64,000 nucleotides of DNA from Bradyrhizobiaceae bacterium (lineage in GTDB: Bacteria; Pseudomonadota; Alphaproteobacteria; Rhizobiales; Xanthobacteraceae): NCBI GenBank assembly GCA_947481685.1, contig CANKHA010000010.1:5573-69572 (forward strand), written 5' to 3'. The position numbers were made by a program, and so were the translations under genes. The notes under the pieces are model-generated. The model saw nothing but the letters and a program-made list of their open reading frames with translations, searched no databases and was not told the DNA's origin. Positions 28,815-38,695 of the stretch are shown here, one piece after another (within the stretch, counting starts at the first letter, position 1; each line of letters opens with the position of its first letter).

Positions 28815-29873
28815 ATGCGTTCGGGCGTACTTATTATGGCGACGGGTTTGATCGTGGCTTGCGCGTCTTTGGCTGGCGGCGCTTCGGCTGATGAAATCGC
28901 CGATTTCTATCGCGGCAAGCAGGTCACAATAACTGTCGGCTACACCGCTGGCGGCGGCTACGACGCCTATGCGCGCGTTATCGCCCGTCATATGGGCCGT
29001 CATATTCCCGGCAATCCCATCATCGTGCTGCAAAACATGCCAGGTGCAGGAAGCCGCGTCGCCGCCAATTGGCTTTATAACCTGGCGCCAAAGGACGGCA
29101 CTGCGATCGGCACGGTAGGTCAAAACACGCCGATGGATCAGGCGCTGGGCGAAGAAAATATCCGCTTTGACGTCGCCAAGTTCAATTGGATCGGCAATTC
29201 GGTGATCGATAACAACGTGACGATGTCATGGGCCGGCTCCGGGTTCGACACCATCGCAGATGTGATGGGGGGCGGCCTGATCTGCGGCGGCACTGGAGCG
29301 GCATCGCCGACGGCCATCTATCCGCAGATCATCAACAACCTGCTGGGCGCCAAGATCAAGATCATTGCCGGCTATCCCGGCGGCGGCGATGTCGGCCTTG
29401 CGCTCCTGCGCGGAGAGGTGAATTGCCGCGGATCCAATAGCTGGTCCTCGATGAAGGCGACGATGGGTGACCTGATCGATCAGAAGAAAATTGTGGTGCT
29501 GGTTGAATGGGGACTCAAAAGTGATCCGGCCATCGCAAAATATCAGGGACGTCCTGTTCCGCTGATCGGCGATCTGGCAAAAACGGAAATCGACCGCAAG
29601 GCGCTGGAAATGATCGTTGCGGGCGCTCAGATCGGCCGTCCCTTCCTGGCGCCACCCGGTGTGCCGCAGGACCGCGTGGAAGCGCTTCGCCGCGCATTTG
29701 ACGCAACCATGAAGGATCCCCTTTTCCTTGAAGATACCGCCAAGCAGAAGATGGACATCGATCCGGTTTCTGGAGCGGAATTGCAGAAGCTGGCTGCCGA
29801 AGTCGTCGCGCTGCCTGAATCCGTGATTAAGCGCGCGCGCCAACTGGTCGATCCTCGCGATATCCGCGAATGA
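28815..29873 (+). CDS. Bug/TctC-family periplasmic solute-binding protein
   Basis: 352 aa. Signal peptide, then ADFYRGKQVTITVGYTAGGGYDAYARVIARHMGRHIPGNPIIVLQNMPGAGS. Confidence 0.9.
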   Translation: MRSGVLIMATGLIVACASLAGGASADEIADFYRGKQVTITVGYTAGGGYDAYARVIARHMGRHIPGNPIIVLQNMPGAGSRVAANWLYNLAPKDGTAIGTVGQNTPMDQALGEENIRFDVAKFNWIGNSVIDNNVTMSWAGSGFDTIADVMGGGLICGGTGAASPTAIYPQIINNLLGAKIKIIAGYPGGGDVGLALLRGEVNCRGSNSWSSMKATMGDLIDQKKIVVLVEWGLKSDPAIAKYQGRPVPLIGDLAKTEIDRKALEMIVAGAQIGRPFLAPPGVPQDRVEALRRAFDATMKDPLFLEDTAKQKMDIDPVSGAELQKLAAEVVALPESVIKRARQLVDPRDIRE

Positions 29874-29967
29874 GCCGGTCTTTATGCACAGTCGATTGAG
29901 CAGGATCCCGTTCCGTCAGAGGGGATATCTGCGCTAACCGTTTCCTGAATCATCGAAGGGAGAAGTC

Positions 29968-31218
29968 ATGCACGACGTACCAGGTAAGCCAGCCGGACCC
30001 GGAGAAACCCATTGGCATGAGCCGGCAGGCAACAAGAAGGCGGGTATCGGCGCGTTCACCAAGCTCCCGACCCCTTACGACCGCTTCATGGAAGAGGAAG
30101 GCATCCCGGTGTTCCGGGACATCGGCATCAGCAAGGTACAGAACCTGCCGCTGTTTCCGTGGAAGCGGACCGGTGGCAAGGGCCACTTTATCCAGCTCTA
30201 TGGTACCGAGACAAAATGGGGCTGTTACGTCGTCGAGGTGCCGGGCTCGGGTGCACTGAATCCCGAAAAGCACATGTACGAGGAAATCTTCCTCGTGGTG
30301 GAAGGCCGCGGCTCGACCGAAGTCTGGCACGACGGAGATACCAAGAAACACATCTTCGAATGGCAGAAGGGCTCGATGTTCTCGATCCCGATGAATGCCA
30401 TGCACCAGATCGTCAACGCCTCGTCATCGCCTGCGCTGCTGCTGGCGGGTACGACTGCGCCGAATGTGTTGAACCAGATCAACAGTGTCGATTTCCTGTT
30501 CAACAATCCGTATGTGTTCCGCGATCGCTTCTCCGGTGCGGACGACTACTTCAAGGCCAAGGATGATATCGAGGCGGATCCGGTGCGCGGCCTCGCAATG
30601 CGGAAGTCGAACTTCATTCCCGACGTGATGAACTGTGAGCTGCCGCTCGATAACCGCCGCTCACCCGGCTATCGCCGCGTCGAGCCATTCATGACCGACA
30701 ACCAGTTTTATTACTGGATCGGCCAGCATGAGAACGGCCGTTACTCCAAGGCGCATGCGCATACCTCGGCGGCGATCCTGATCTGCCTGAAAGGCAAGGG
30801 CTACACCTATAGTTGGCCGGAAAAGCTCGGCGAGACACCGTTCAAAGATGGCCATGGCGATAAGGTCATGCGCCTTGAGTACGAGCCTGTCGGTATGGTC
30901 ACGGCCGCGCCCGGCGGCGCGCGCTGGTATCATCAGCATTTCAGTGTGTCACACGACCCGTTCCGCCTCACCGCCTGGTTCGGTCCGCACAATCCGGGGC
31001 GTGATCCCGGAGCGCCGGGCGAAAAGCATACCGACTATACCGCGATCGACGTTACCGAAGGCGGTACCGCCATCCCGTACTGGATGGAAGATCCCTATAT
31101 CCTTGCGGAATACGAGCGGAAGCTGAAAGAAGAGGGCGTGAGGAGCCGCATGAAGCCTGAATGGTTCCAGCCATCGGAGAACAAGACGGAAAAAGAACGG
31201 CTTTGGGACGTGGTGTAG
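29968..31218 (+). CDS. Bicupin protein, paralog B
   Basis: 416 aa, collinear with paralogs A and C. The C-terminal barrel has AHAHTSAAILICLKGKG and WYHQHF. Confidence 0.8.
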   Translation: MHDVPGKPAGPGETHWHEPAGNKKAGIGAFTKLPTPYDRFMEEEGIPVFRDIGISKVQNLPLFPWKRTGGKGHFIQLYGTETKWGCYVVEVPGSGALNPEKHMYEEIFLVVEGRGSTEVWHDGDTKKHIFEWQKGSMFSIPMNAMHQIVNASSSPALLLAGTTAPNVLNQINSVDFLFNNPYVFRDRFSGADDYFKAKDDIEADPVRGLAMRKSNFIPDVMNCELPLDNRRSPGYRRVEPFMTDNQFYYWIGQHENGRYSKAHAHTSAAILICLKGKGYTYSWPEKLGETPFKDGHGDKVMRLEYEPVGMVTAAPGGARWYHQHFSVSHDPFRLTAWFGPHNPGRDPGAPGEKHTDYTAIDVTEGGTAIPYWMEDPYILAEYERKLKEEGVRSRMKPEWFQPSENKTEKERLWDVV

Positions 31219-31298
31219 TTGAGCGGCAAGGCCATGCATCTTGATCGGCGACGGTGCGTTGCGAGTAGGCGCATCGCAGCCCCGGGAGGAACCAGATT

Positions 31299-32075
31299 TT
31301 GAATTCGCGCATGACGGGAAAGAGCGCCATCATCACGGGCGCTGGCGGTGGTATCGGCGCGGCGATTGCTGGGCTGTTTTGCCAGGAGGGCGGATCTGTT
31401 CTCCTGTTTGACCGCAACGCAGACATTCTAGGAAAAACGGCAGCACAGCTTCGATCGCGAAACCCTGGCGCTCGTATTGAGATTTTCCCGGGCGATGTTT
31501 CGGATCCGACGGATGTCGATCAGGCCGTCAAGCATGCCGCGGTTGCTTTCGGAGGGGTGAGCGTGCTGGTGAACAACGCCGCTGTCAGAAATCATTCATC
31601 GGTTGAAACATCGGATATCGCGGAATGGAACCGACTTTTGTCCGTCAATGTCCTGGGCGCGGTCAATTTCTGCAAGGCGGCGCTTCCCGCGCTTCGCAAC
31701 AGCGGCAATGCGAGCATAGTGAATGTCTCTTCCTGCTATGCGGTTGTTGGCCGCAGCGGTATGCCGATCTACGACGCGACCAAGGCAGCCTTGCTGTCCG
31801 TGACGCGAACGCTCGCTTTTGAAGAGGCCCAGAACGGCGTGCGTGCGAACGCGGTTTGCCCCGGTGGCACGCTTACTCCGTTCACGATCGGTCGCGGCGT
31901 TGCGTCCGGTCGCAACGCAGAAGAGATGCAGAATGACCAGCGGTCGGATTCGCTGCTGCGCCGGTGGGGCAGGCCGGAAGAGATTGCTTATCCCGTGCTC
32001 TGGCTCGCGTCCGATGAAAGCTCTTACATGACCGGCGCAACCATCATGGTGGATGGCGGTCTATCAATCATGTAG
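31299..32075 (+). CDS. Short-chain dehydrogenase/reductase (candidate cis-dihydrodiol or hydroxy-acid dehydrogenase)
   Basis: TGAGGGIG cofactor motif, NNAA, and a Y...K catalytic pair (YDATK). The start is either TTG 31299 (GGGAGGA 10 nt upstream) or ATG 31311. Confidence 0.85.
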   Translation: MNSRMTGKSAIITGAGGGIGAAIAGLFCQEGGSVLLFDRNADILGKTAAQLRSRNPGARIEIFPGDVSDPTDVDQAVKHAAVAFGGVSVLVNNAAVRNHSSVETSDIAEWNRLLSVNVLGAVNFCKAALPALRNSGNASIVNVSSCYAVVGRSGMPIYDATKAALLSVTRTLAFEEAQNGVRANAVCPGGTLTPFTIGRGVASGRNAEEMQNDQRSDSLLRRWGRPEEIAYPVLWLASDESSYMTGATIMVDGGLSIM

Positions 32076-32079
32076 TTGG

Positions 32080-33081
32080 TTACTTCGTTGCTCCTGTGAC
32101 GATCTTTGCGTGCAGGTCGGCCAGCATCTTTCCCGACTCGCGAGCGCCAACGAGATAATTCTCCGGGACCAGGTGATAGGGCGGACGGCATGGGCCCGCA
32201 TTCATCCAGCCCGCAGCGTTGATGCGCGCCTTCTCCAGGCCGATATTGTATTTTGAAAATTCAGCGAAGTTTCCATTGGGAATGAGCTTCGCCGATGCGG
32301 CAGCGATTGCTCCGGAAATTTCCTTCGCCGCCGACCAGTCGCCGTCTTTCTTCGCGGTGGCAACCGTATCGCGCAATCGAAGCTGAACGGCGGGCCCGCA
32401 CAAGGCGCCGCCAGTCCAAAACGCAGTGCATTCTTCGGGAGCAATCCGCGCCGCGGCGTAATAACTGCCGTCGACCGGCATCAGCCTGATTTGGCCTTTG
32501 GTTAGCCGGAGGTCTGCTTCAATGGTGGCGATTCCGACGATCTTCGCCGCCACAACAGTTGGCACCTGGACGATTTGCGCCCAGAAGGGCCGCGGAAAAT
32601 CAAACTTGAAGGCTTCCGGGTTGGCATAAACGCAGATTGCAACGTCCGGACAGGCTTCTGCAATATCGCGGTAGAACTGAAGCGTGGTCGCGAGATCGGG
32701 ATAGCACCACATTGGCGGACCAAGCATGGTGCCGTCGATGCCGATATCCGCGCCGGCGCGGGTTTGGCGAACTGTCTCGCGCGTATTGAGGCTTGATGTC
32801 CCTGCGAAGTAGGGGACGCGTCCGGCGACGGTATCAACGACAGTTGCCATGAACGCACGCTTTTCTTCCCAGGTCAGGGTCGCGCATTCGCCGAACGTCC
32901 CGAGGCTGAGAATGCCATTGACGCCTGCTTTGATCAGGGCGTTGACGATGCGCGCAGTTTCATCGAGATCGACCGTATTTTCAGCCCGCCAGTCGGACGC
33001 ATTGTCTTTTGCCGGCGTTGCAAGGATTGCCCACATGCCCTGGATGTCGGACGCGGCCAGTCTCTCCTTGTTTTTATTCAT
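32080..33081 (-). CDS. DHDPS-family hydratase-aldolase, NahE/PhdJ-like (trans-o-hydroxybenzylidenepyruvate-type)
   Basis: 333 aa. Long stretches match my recollection of NahE: [70 protein letters not shown]. Confidence 0.8.
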   Translation of the reverse strand: MNKNKERLAASDIQGMWAILATPAKDNASDWRAENTVDLDETARIVNALIKAGVNGILSLGTFGECATLTWEEKRAFMATVVDTVAGRVPYFAGTSSLNTRETVRQTRAGADIGIDGTMLGPPMWCYPDLATTLQFYRDIAEACPDVAICVYANPEAFKFDFPRPFWAQIVQVPTVVAAKIVGIATIEADLRLTKGQIRLMPVDGSYYAAARIAPEECTAFWTGGALCGPAVQLRLRDTVATAKKDGDWSAAKEISGAIAAASAKLIPNGNFAEFSKYNIGLEKARINAAGWMNAGPCRPPYHLVPENYLVGARESGKMLADLHAKIVTGATK

Positions 33082-33135
33082 AAATCCTCCCCGCGTTTTT
33101 CAAACCATAGCATGGGGGTGTCATCCGGCAACCAA

Positions 33136-33163
33136 TTGACAGCATGCGGAGGGTCGGCATACT
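33136..33163 (+). promoter_or_regulatory. Candidate sigma70-type promoter for the Rieske-oxygenase array
   Basis: TTGACA (33136-33141), a 16-nt spacer, then CATACT (33158-33163). It lies about 78 nt upstream of ATG 33241. This is a motif match only. Confidence 0.25.
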
Positions 33164-33240
33164 GTTAATTCAGTCGGAAAAATAAGCCGGCGAAAGGCGA
33201 ACCAAAATCGCCGCCTAAAAAAGTCTAGGGAGGGAACGCC

Positions 33241-34413
33241 ATGGCCGATTCCGAGCTCTCGGTAAGGTGGCCGGCTGCCTATAACACGCTGCCGAAAGAC
33301 GTCTTTTATCGGCGCGATGTTTATGACGCGGAACTTGCCCGGATATTTTATGGCCCGGAATGGCATCCGGTCGCCCATCGATCGGAAATACCCAACAAGG
33401 GCGACTTCAAGACTCTCCAGATCGGCGAGGCACCGGTCCTGATCGTCCATGGCGACGACGGCAAGGTGCGGGTCTTTTACAACTCGTGTCCGCATCGCGG
33501 TACGCAGCTTCAGATCTGCGCGCGCGGCCACACCAAGGAAATCGAGTGCCCGTATCATCGCTGGTTGTTCAGCCTGAAAGGCGATCTTCTCGGCGCGCCG
33601 GGCATTGCTGAATTCTCAGCTAACTTCAAAAAGGAAGACTTCGGTCTCAGGGAGCTTCGCTCGGGCGAGTTTTGCGGCCTGATTTTTGCGACTTGCAGCG
33701 ACGCGGCGCCGGAGCTGACAGAATTCCTGAAGGGGACGGAGGACTATCTCGGCAAGGCGCTTGGCGGCGATGGCCGCCTGACCCTGATCGGTTACCAGAA
33801 GACCATCTACGGAACGAACTGGAAGGAATACGGCGACAACGAAGGCTATCATCCGCCGTTGCTGCATCGCGCCTTCCGGTTGCTGAAATGGCAGGGTGGC
33901 AAAGGCTCCAACGGCGTGACCGAGCATGGTCACAAGGTGATGGAGGCGGAAGTCCAGCGGCCGCAGCCGGGATTCCTGGACGATCATTCGCTGGTCGAGT
34001 TTCGCGATACCTCAACGCCGCCTCGCTCGGTCATCGTTTCGTTCTGGCCGATGACAACCATCGTCAAGCACATGGACGTCATCAACGTTCGCTACGCCTT
34101 TCCGCTATCACCGGACGAGACCGAAGTTCATTACGCCTACTTCGCCCATCAGGATGACTCGCCGGAGCTATACGAACACCGCGTCCGCCAGGCATCCAAC
34201 CTGCTGGGACCGAGCGGCTTCATCTCGCTGGAAGATGGCGCGGTGTTCAGCCGGGTGCACGGCGGCTCGCGCGGCCTCGGGACGGTAGCCTTCCAGAAGG
34301 GCTATGCGGACAAGCCGCTCGAAGCGCCTTGCTTCGTTGCCCAGAACGACGAAGCCAGCAATCTCGTCCGCTGGGAGCATTACCGCAAAAGCATGGGGTT
34401 TGCCCGTGACTGA
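33241..34413 (+). CDS. Rieske non-heme iron ring-hydroxylating oxygenase, alpha subunit
   Basis: 390 aa. Rieske motif CPHRGTQLQICARGHTKEIECPYH (CxH-x17-CxxH). Mononuclear-iron motif GDNEGYHPPLLH. AGGGAGGGA RBS. Confidence 0.9.
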   Translation: MADSELSVRWPAAYNTLPKDVFYRRDVYDAELARIFYGPEWHPVAHRSEIPNKGDFKTLQIGEAPVLIVHGDDGKVRVFYNSCPHRGTQLQICARGHTKEIECPYHRWLFSLKGDLLGAPGIAEFSANFKKEDFGLRELRSGEFCGLIFATCSDAAPELTEFLKGTEDYLGKALGGDGRLTLIGYQKTIYGTNWKEYGDNEGYHPPLLHRAFRLLKWQGGKGSNGVTEHGHKVMEAEVQRPQPGFLDDHSLVEFRDTSTPPRSVIVSFWPMTTIVKHMDVINVRYAFPLSPDETEVHYAYFAHQDDSPELYEHRVRQASNLLGPSGFISLEDGAVFSRVHGGSRGLGTVAFQKGYADKPLEAPCFVAQNDEASNLVRWEHYRKSMGFARD

Positions 34414-34885
34414 TGCTGCAGTTCTTGCGCGCATTGATGCTTTGCAGATGGCGTATATCGCGGCGCTGGACCGCCGCGATATGGAAGGCTGGCTGTCGTG
34501 TTTCGCGGATGAAGCCGGCTATGTCTGCATCACGCGAGAGAACCACGATGCCGGCCTGCCGGTAGCGCTGATGATGGACGATACCCGTGCGCGCCTGAAA
34601 GACCGGGTCAAATTCATCAATGAGGTCTGGTCCGGCACGTTCGAAGATTATGCAACAAGACATTTCGTGCAGCGGCTGGATTGCCGTGCAGGCACGAATG
34701 GCCGTTTCGACGTGCAGACCAACTTCATGGTTTCCTACACCAATCGCCGTGGCGGCTCCGACATTCTCGTCACCGGTGTCTATGAAGATGCCGTCTTGAT
34801 CGCCGGTAATGATGCGCGTTTCGCCAGTAAGCTGGCGATTCTCGACACCGTCACCACTCCCCGTTATCTCGTTTATCCGGTTTAA
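34406..34885 (+). CDS. Ring-hydroxylating oxygenase beta subunit (NTF2-like fold)
   Basis: An in-frame GTG at 34406 overlaps the alpha stop by 8 nt and gives a 159-aa product, VTDAAVLARIDALQMAYIAALDRRDMEGWLSCFADEAGY..., of typical beta-subunit size and N-terminus. The track ORF start at 34304 lies inside the alpha gene. Confidence 0.8.
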   Translation: MTDAAVLARIDALQMAYIAALDRRDMEGWLSCFADEAGYVCITRENHDAGLPVALMMDDTRARLKDRVKFINEVWSGTFEDYATRHFVQRLDCRAGTNGRFDVQTNFMVSYTNRRGGSDILVTGVYEDAVLIAGNDARFASKLAILDTVTTPRYLVYPV

Positions 34886-34888
34886 AAC

Positions 34889-35479
34889 GTGTCCCAGAAA
34901 ATCAGTGTCACGCCATCCGTCTTGCAATGGACCCTGGATGACGCCTATCGCGGTCCCGGCCATCTCATTCGCCGGTTGCAGCAAATTGCTGTCGGAATCT
35001 TTATCGACGAGTTCAAGAGTATCGATATCACGCCTGTGCAATACATGGCGCTGGTCGCCGTCCGCGATCGCCCGGGGCTTGAGCAGCAGGCGATTGCCGA
35101 TCTCATCGCCATCGATCGCTCGAGTGCGGGTCGCGTATTCCAGTTTCTTGAAGATCGCGGGTTTGTGCAGCGGGTGACGCCCAAGAATAATCGCCGCACC
35201 AAACAGGCCTTCGTGACGCCTGCAGGAACGCGGCTTCTGAATGGCTGTTCGAAGCTGATCAGGAAGGCGGAAGAACGCATCCTCAAAGTTCTGAATGCGC
35301 AGGAGCAGAAGCAATTCATGCAACTGCTCGTCAAGCTGGTCGATATCAACAACACACAAAGCCGTGCCCCGTTGCGAATTGATGGTCCCAGCAAGGGAAA
35401 GCGGAATTCGGCCGCCCCGCCGGCGGATGCGTTGGTGGTGATAGACGGCCGTGGGCGTTTGAAGGGGAGAGGGCTTTGA
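34889..35479 (+). CDS. MarR-family transcriptional regulator embedded in the catabolic array
   Basis: 196 aa. ITPVQYMALVAVRDRPGLEQQAIADLIAIDRSSAGRVFQFLEDRGFVQR is a wHTH typical of MarR. GTG start 3 nt after the beta-subunit stop. Its stop overlaps the next start (TTGA). Confidence 0.85.
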   Translation: MSQKISVTPSVLQWTLDDAYRGPGHLIRRLQQIAVGIFIDEFKSIDITPVQYMALVAVRDRPGLEQQAIADLIAIDRSSAGRVFQFLEDRGFVQRVTPKNNRRTKQAFVTPAGTRLLNGCSKLIRKAEERILKVLNAQEQKQFMQLLVKLVDINNTQSRAPLRIDGPSKGKRNSAAPPADALVVIDGRGRLKGRGL

Positions 35480-36405
35480 TTCCGGTAACAGCGCTCGGTC
35501 ATGTGACGTTTGAGACGCCTGACCTGGAACATCAGATCGCGCACTATACCCAGGTCGTCGGATTAACCGTTGCGACCAGGGAAAAGGACCGCGCTATTCT
35601 GGCGACCCACCTCGGTGATGAGGTCGTAATCCTGCAGCACGGGGCAGTACAACGCTGCACGGCGCTAGCCCTGCATGTGGATGCCTCTATAGACCTCTCC
35701 GCCGCGAACAAGATGCTCAGCGGGAAAGGCATCAAGAGCGAGCGCAGGAGCGACGTCACGCCCCGGATGGCGAGTGCGCTCGTATTCAGTGATCCCAACG
35801 ATACCCGCGTCGAGCTTTATTCAGAAGTACAGCGGCTTCCGCGCGCCGCTCCCCCGCACGAAGCTGCGCCGATCAAGCTCGGCCATATCGCCTTCATGGT
35901 CCGCGATCCCAAGCAGATGGTGGATTTCTATACGTCGATGCTCGGTTTCCGGGTTTCGGACTGGGCCGGTGATTTCTTCGCTTTCCTGCGCTGCGGTTCG
36001 GACCATCACACGGTGAATTTTCTGCGCGGTGACGAGCAGCGCCTGCATCATTTTGCTTTTGAGCTGAAGGACTGGGCGCATGTTCAGCGCGCCTGCGATC
36101 ATCTCGGTGAAAAGGATGTGCAGATCGTCTGGGGCCCCGGCCGCCATGGCATCGGCCACAACATCTTCATCTATCATTTCGACCCTGATCACCGTGTGGT
36201 GGAATTCTATACCGAGCTTGATCAGATGAAGGATGAGGCGGCAGGCTATTTCGAACCGCGCCCGTGGCACAAGGATCGTCCGCAGCGGCCCAAGGTCTGG
36301 ACGGACTTCAAGGCTGCGCGCCTAACCTGGGGGCCACCCCCCACGCCGGAATATGCCGGAACGCACAGCAAGCACACGCCCTCAACGACAGAGAAGGCGA
36401 GCTGA
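35476..36405 (+). CDS. Type I extradiol ring-cleavage dioxygenase (two-domain VOC fold, catechol 2,3-dioxygenase-like)
   Basis: 309 aa. LGHIAFMVRD...FLRCGSDHHTVNF...LHHFAFEL...GPGRHGIGHNIFIYHFDPDHRVVEFYTE contains the His/His/Glu iron-ligand contexts of XylE-type enzymes. Confidence 0.85.
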   Translation: MIPVTALGHVTFETPDLEHQIAHYTQVVGLTVATREKDRAILATHLGDEVVILQHGAVQRCTALALHVDASIDLSAANKMLSGKGIKSERRSDVTPRMASALVFSDPNDTRVELYSEVQRLPRAAPPHEAAPIKLGHIAFMVRDPKQMVDFYTSMLGFRVSDWAGDFFAFLRCGSDHHTVNFLRGDEQRLHHFAFELKDWAHVQRACDHLGEKDVQIVWGPGRHGIGHNIFIYHFDPDHRVVEFYTELDQMKDEAAGYFEPRPWHKDRPQRPKVWTDFKAARLTWGPPPTPEYAGTHSKHTPSTTEKAS

Positions 36406-36406
36406 C

Positions 36407-37051
36407 GTGGGTAGCGCGCAAACCAGCAGCGTGACGCGGACGATCGATTTCTATTTCGATTTCATCAGTCCGTTCAGCTATCTCGCGCATCAGCGATTAC
36501 CGCAGCTGGCAAGCCTTTACGGCTACATTCTCGATTATCGCGTGGCCGATCTTGCAGCCCTGAAGCGGCTTGCCGGCAACACCGCTCCCAGAATGGTGGA
36601 TATGCCGCTGAAGCTCGATTACTCGCGTATCGATCAACAGCGTTGGGCGGAGCGTTATGGCGTGCCGATCACCCCACCACCGGGCTCGCACGATTCAAGC
36701 TGGCTCAATCGCGGGACGTTTTATGCGGTGGGCAAAAAGCAAATCGCCGATTACGTCACTGCGGTCTGGACCAGGATGCGGCGCGACGGGCGCGATCTGG
36801 CGGAGGAAAGCACTTGGCGCGAGGTGGCGAAAGATTTGGGTTGGAATGTTGACGAGTTCGTGTCGTTCGTTCGCTCCGATGCGTCACAAAAGCAATACCA
36901 GTCGGCATCGCAAGTCGCTCACGATCGCGGTGTGTTCGGCGTGCCGACGATGCTGATCGGCCGCGACATGTGGTGGGGTAATGACCGGCTGGATTTCCTC
37001 GAAGAGTTTCTGAAGAGCCAAAAGGCGGCCAGTCAAAGAGCCGCTTCGTAG
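36407..37051 (+). CDS. 2-hydroxychromene-2-carboxylate isomerase family protein (NahD-like, DsbA fold)
   Basis: GTG 36407 lies 1 nt after the upstream stop. IDFYFDFISPFSYLAHQRL ... KLDY ... QRWAERYGVP ... GVFGVPTMLIGRDMWWGNDRLDFLE parallels NahD as I recall it. Confidence 0.8.
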   Translation: MGSAQTSSVTRTIDFYFDFISPFSYLAHQRLPQLASLYGYILDYRVADLAALKRLAGNTAPRMVDMPLKLDYSRIDQQRWAERYGVPITPPPGSHDSSWLNRGTFYAVGKKQIADYVTAVWTRMRRDGRDLAEESTWREVAKDLGWNVDEFVSFVRSDASQKQYQSASQVAHDRGVFGVPTMLIGRDMWWGNDRLDFLEEFLKSQKAASQRAAS

Positions 37052-37066
37052 TCAGGGAGTTAGATT

Positions 37067-38659
37067 GTGCATTGGCCGACGCTTGCAAGTTATGTTGAGG
37101 GACTCGAGAAGGCTGGCAAGCTGGTGCGCGTCACCATTCCCGTCAACAAGGATACCGAGCTGCACCCGCTCGTCCGCCTGCAATTTCGCGGATTGCCGGA
37201 AAGCCAGCGCAAAGCGTTCCTGTTCGAAAACGTCACCGATAGCCGTGGCCGGAAATACGAGATGCCCGTGCTGGTCGGGGCATTGGCGGCGTCATCGGAG
37301 ATCTATGCGCTTGGTTTTGGCGTTCCAGTCAAGGAAATCTCCAATACCTGGCGCAAGGCGATCGCCAATCCTCTTACGCCCGCCGAAGTGAAGCAGGCGG
37401 CGTGCCAAGCGGTTGTGATCACCGGAGATGAATTAACCCGGGATGGCGGGGGCCTGAGCCGGTTGCCGATTCCGATCTCGACGCCAGGCTTTGACAACGC
37501 GCCCTATACGACAGCGTCTCATTGGGTGTCGAAACATCCCGATACCGGCTTGCACAACCTCGGCAACTATCGCGGAATGATGAAGGCGGAGAACCGCATC
37601 GGCACATTGCCGGCGATGATCGGGGTCGGTATGCGCGAGCATATCGACTTGTGGCGCGCCAAGGGCATCGAAAGGATGCCGGCAGCGCTGGTCGTCGGTG
37701 CGCCGCCGCATGTCACCTATACGGCGGTGACGCGCATCCCGAATGACATGTGCGAATACGACGTGGCAGGCGCCTTGTCCGGCAAACCGCTGGATGTGGT
37801 GAAGTGCCTGACCCAGGACATCATGGTGCCGGCCGAGGCGGAAATCGTCATCGAAGGCACCATTCCGACAGACGTGCTGGAAATGGAAGGCGCCTTCGGC
37901 GAATTCCCCGGCTATATGGCCGCGCGCGACTACAGTTTCTTCATGGACGTGACCGCCATCACCATGAAGAAGAAACCGATCTTCCTTGCGATCCTAAGCC
38001 AAATGCCGCCGAGCGAAAGCTCGAAGATGCGCCACATCAGCCGGGGCGAGGGCGCATACAAGTTCCTGCACAATGCCGGGTTCGATAACGTCACGCAGGT
38101 CGAATATCTCGAATGCGCCGGGGCGAATGCGCTGGTCGTTGTCAAGATCAAGAAGCGCAATCCCGACGATGCCAAGAATGCCCTGCGCCTGCTGGCGGGC
38201 AAGTTCATCGGCAAGATTGCCATCGCTGTCGATGAGGACATCAACGCGCTCGACGTCGAAAACGTGATGTGGGCGGTTTCTTACCGCTCGCAGCCGTTCC
38301 GCGACATGGAGATTGTCGAGGCGCCTCTGTTTGCGCTGGATCCTTCAGCCGCAGCGCCCGGAGAATCGCGCGGGCTCACCCACGGCAAGGCGCCGCGTTC
38401 CACTGCTCTGATCATCGATGCCACCATGCCGTGGCCTTATCCGCCACTGTCGCTCCCCAAGAAGGAGTTCATGGACCGCGCCCCGGAAATGTGGCGCGAC
38501 CTCCAGCTACCAGCATTGAATTTGAAGGAGCCGTGGTGGGGCTATTCGCTCGGCCACTGGACGGAAGAGGAAGAACAGGAAGCCGATCTGGCCGTGCAGG
38601 GTCGGCATTTCGAAACCGGGATCAAGCAAGCGCAAACGCGGCGAAAATTTTCAGAATGA
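37067..38659 (+). CDS. UbiD-family (prFMN-dependent) aromatic acid decarboxylase/carboxylase, paralog 1
   Basis: 530 aa. N-terminus SYVEGLEKAGKLVRVTIPVNKDTELHPLVRLQF and the mid-region EGAFGEFPGYMA are UbiD-family hallmarks. Confidence 0.9.
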   Translation: MHWPTLASYVEGLEKAGKLVRVTIPVNKDTELHPLVRLQFRGLPESQRKAFLFENVTDSRGRKYEMPVLVGALAASSEIYALGFGVPVKEISNTWRKAIANPLTPAEVKQAACQAVVITGDELTRDGGGLSRLPIPISTPGFDNAPYTTASHWVSKHPDTGLHNLGNYRGMMKAENRIGTLPAMIGVGMREHIDLWRAKGIERMPAALVVGAPPHVTYTAVTRIPNDMCEYDVAGALSGKPLDVVKCLTQDIMVPAEAEIVIEGTIPTDVLEMEGAFGEFPGYMAARDYSFFMDVTAITMKKKPIFLAILSQMPPSESSKMRHISRGEGAYKFLHNAGFDNVTQVEYLECAGANALVVVKIKKRNPDDAKNALRLLAGKFIGKIAIAVDEDINALDVENVMWAVSYRSQPFRDMEIVEAPLFALDPSAAAPGESRGLTHGKAPRSTALIIDATMPWPYPPLSLPKKEFMDRAPEMWRDLQLPALNLKEPWWGYSLGHWTEEEEQEADLAVQGRHFETGIKQAQTRRKFSE

Positions 38660-38695
38660 CCGCGCGAATGAAGGGTGAAGGCGCAGGAGAGGACA

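Noticed and set aside
34247-35359. 370-aa minus-strand ORF spanning the oxygenase beta subunit and MarR
   Set aside because: No recognisable motifs, and it overlaps two well-supported plus-strand genes.
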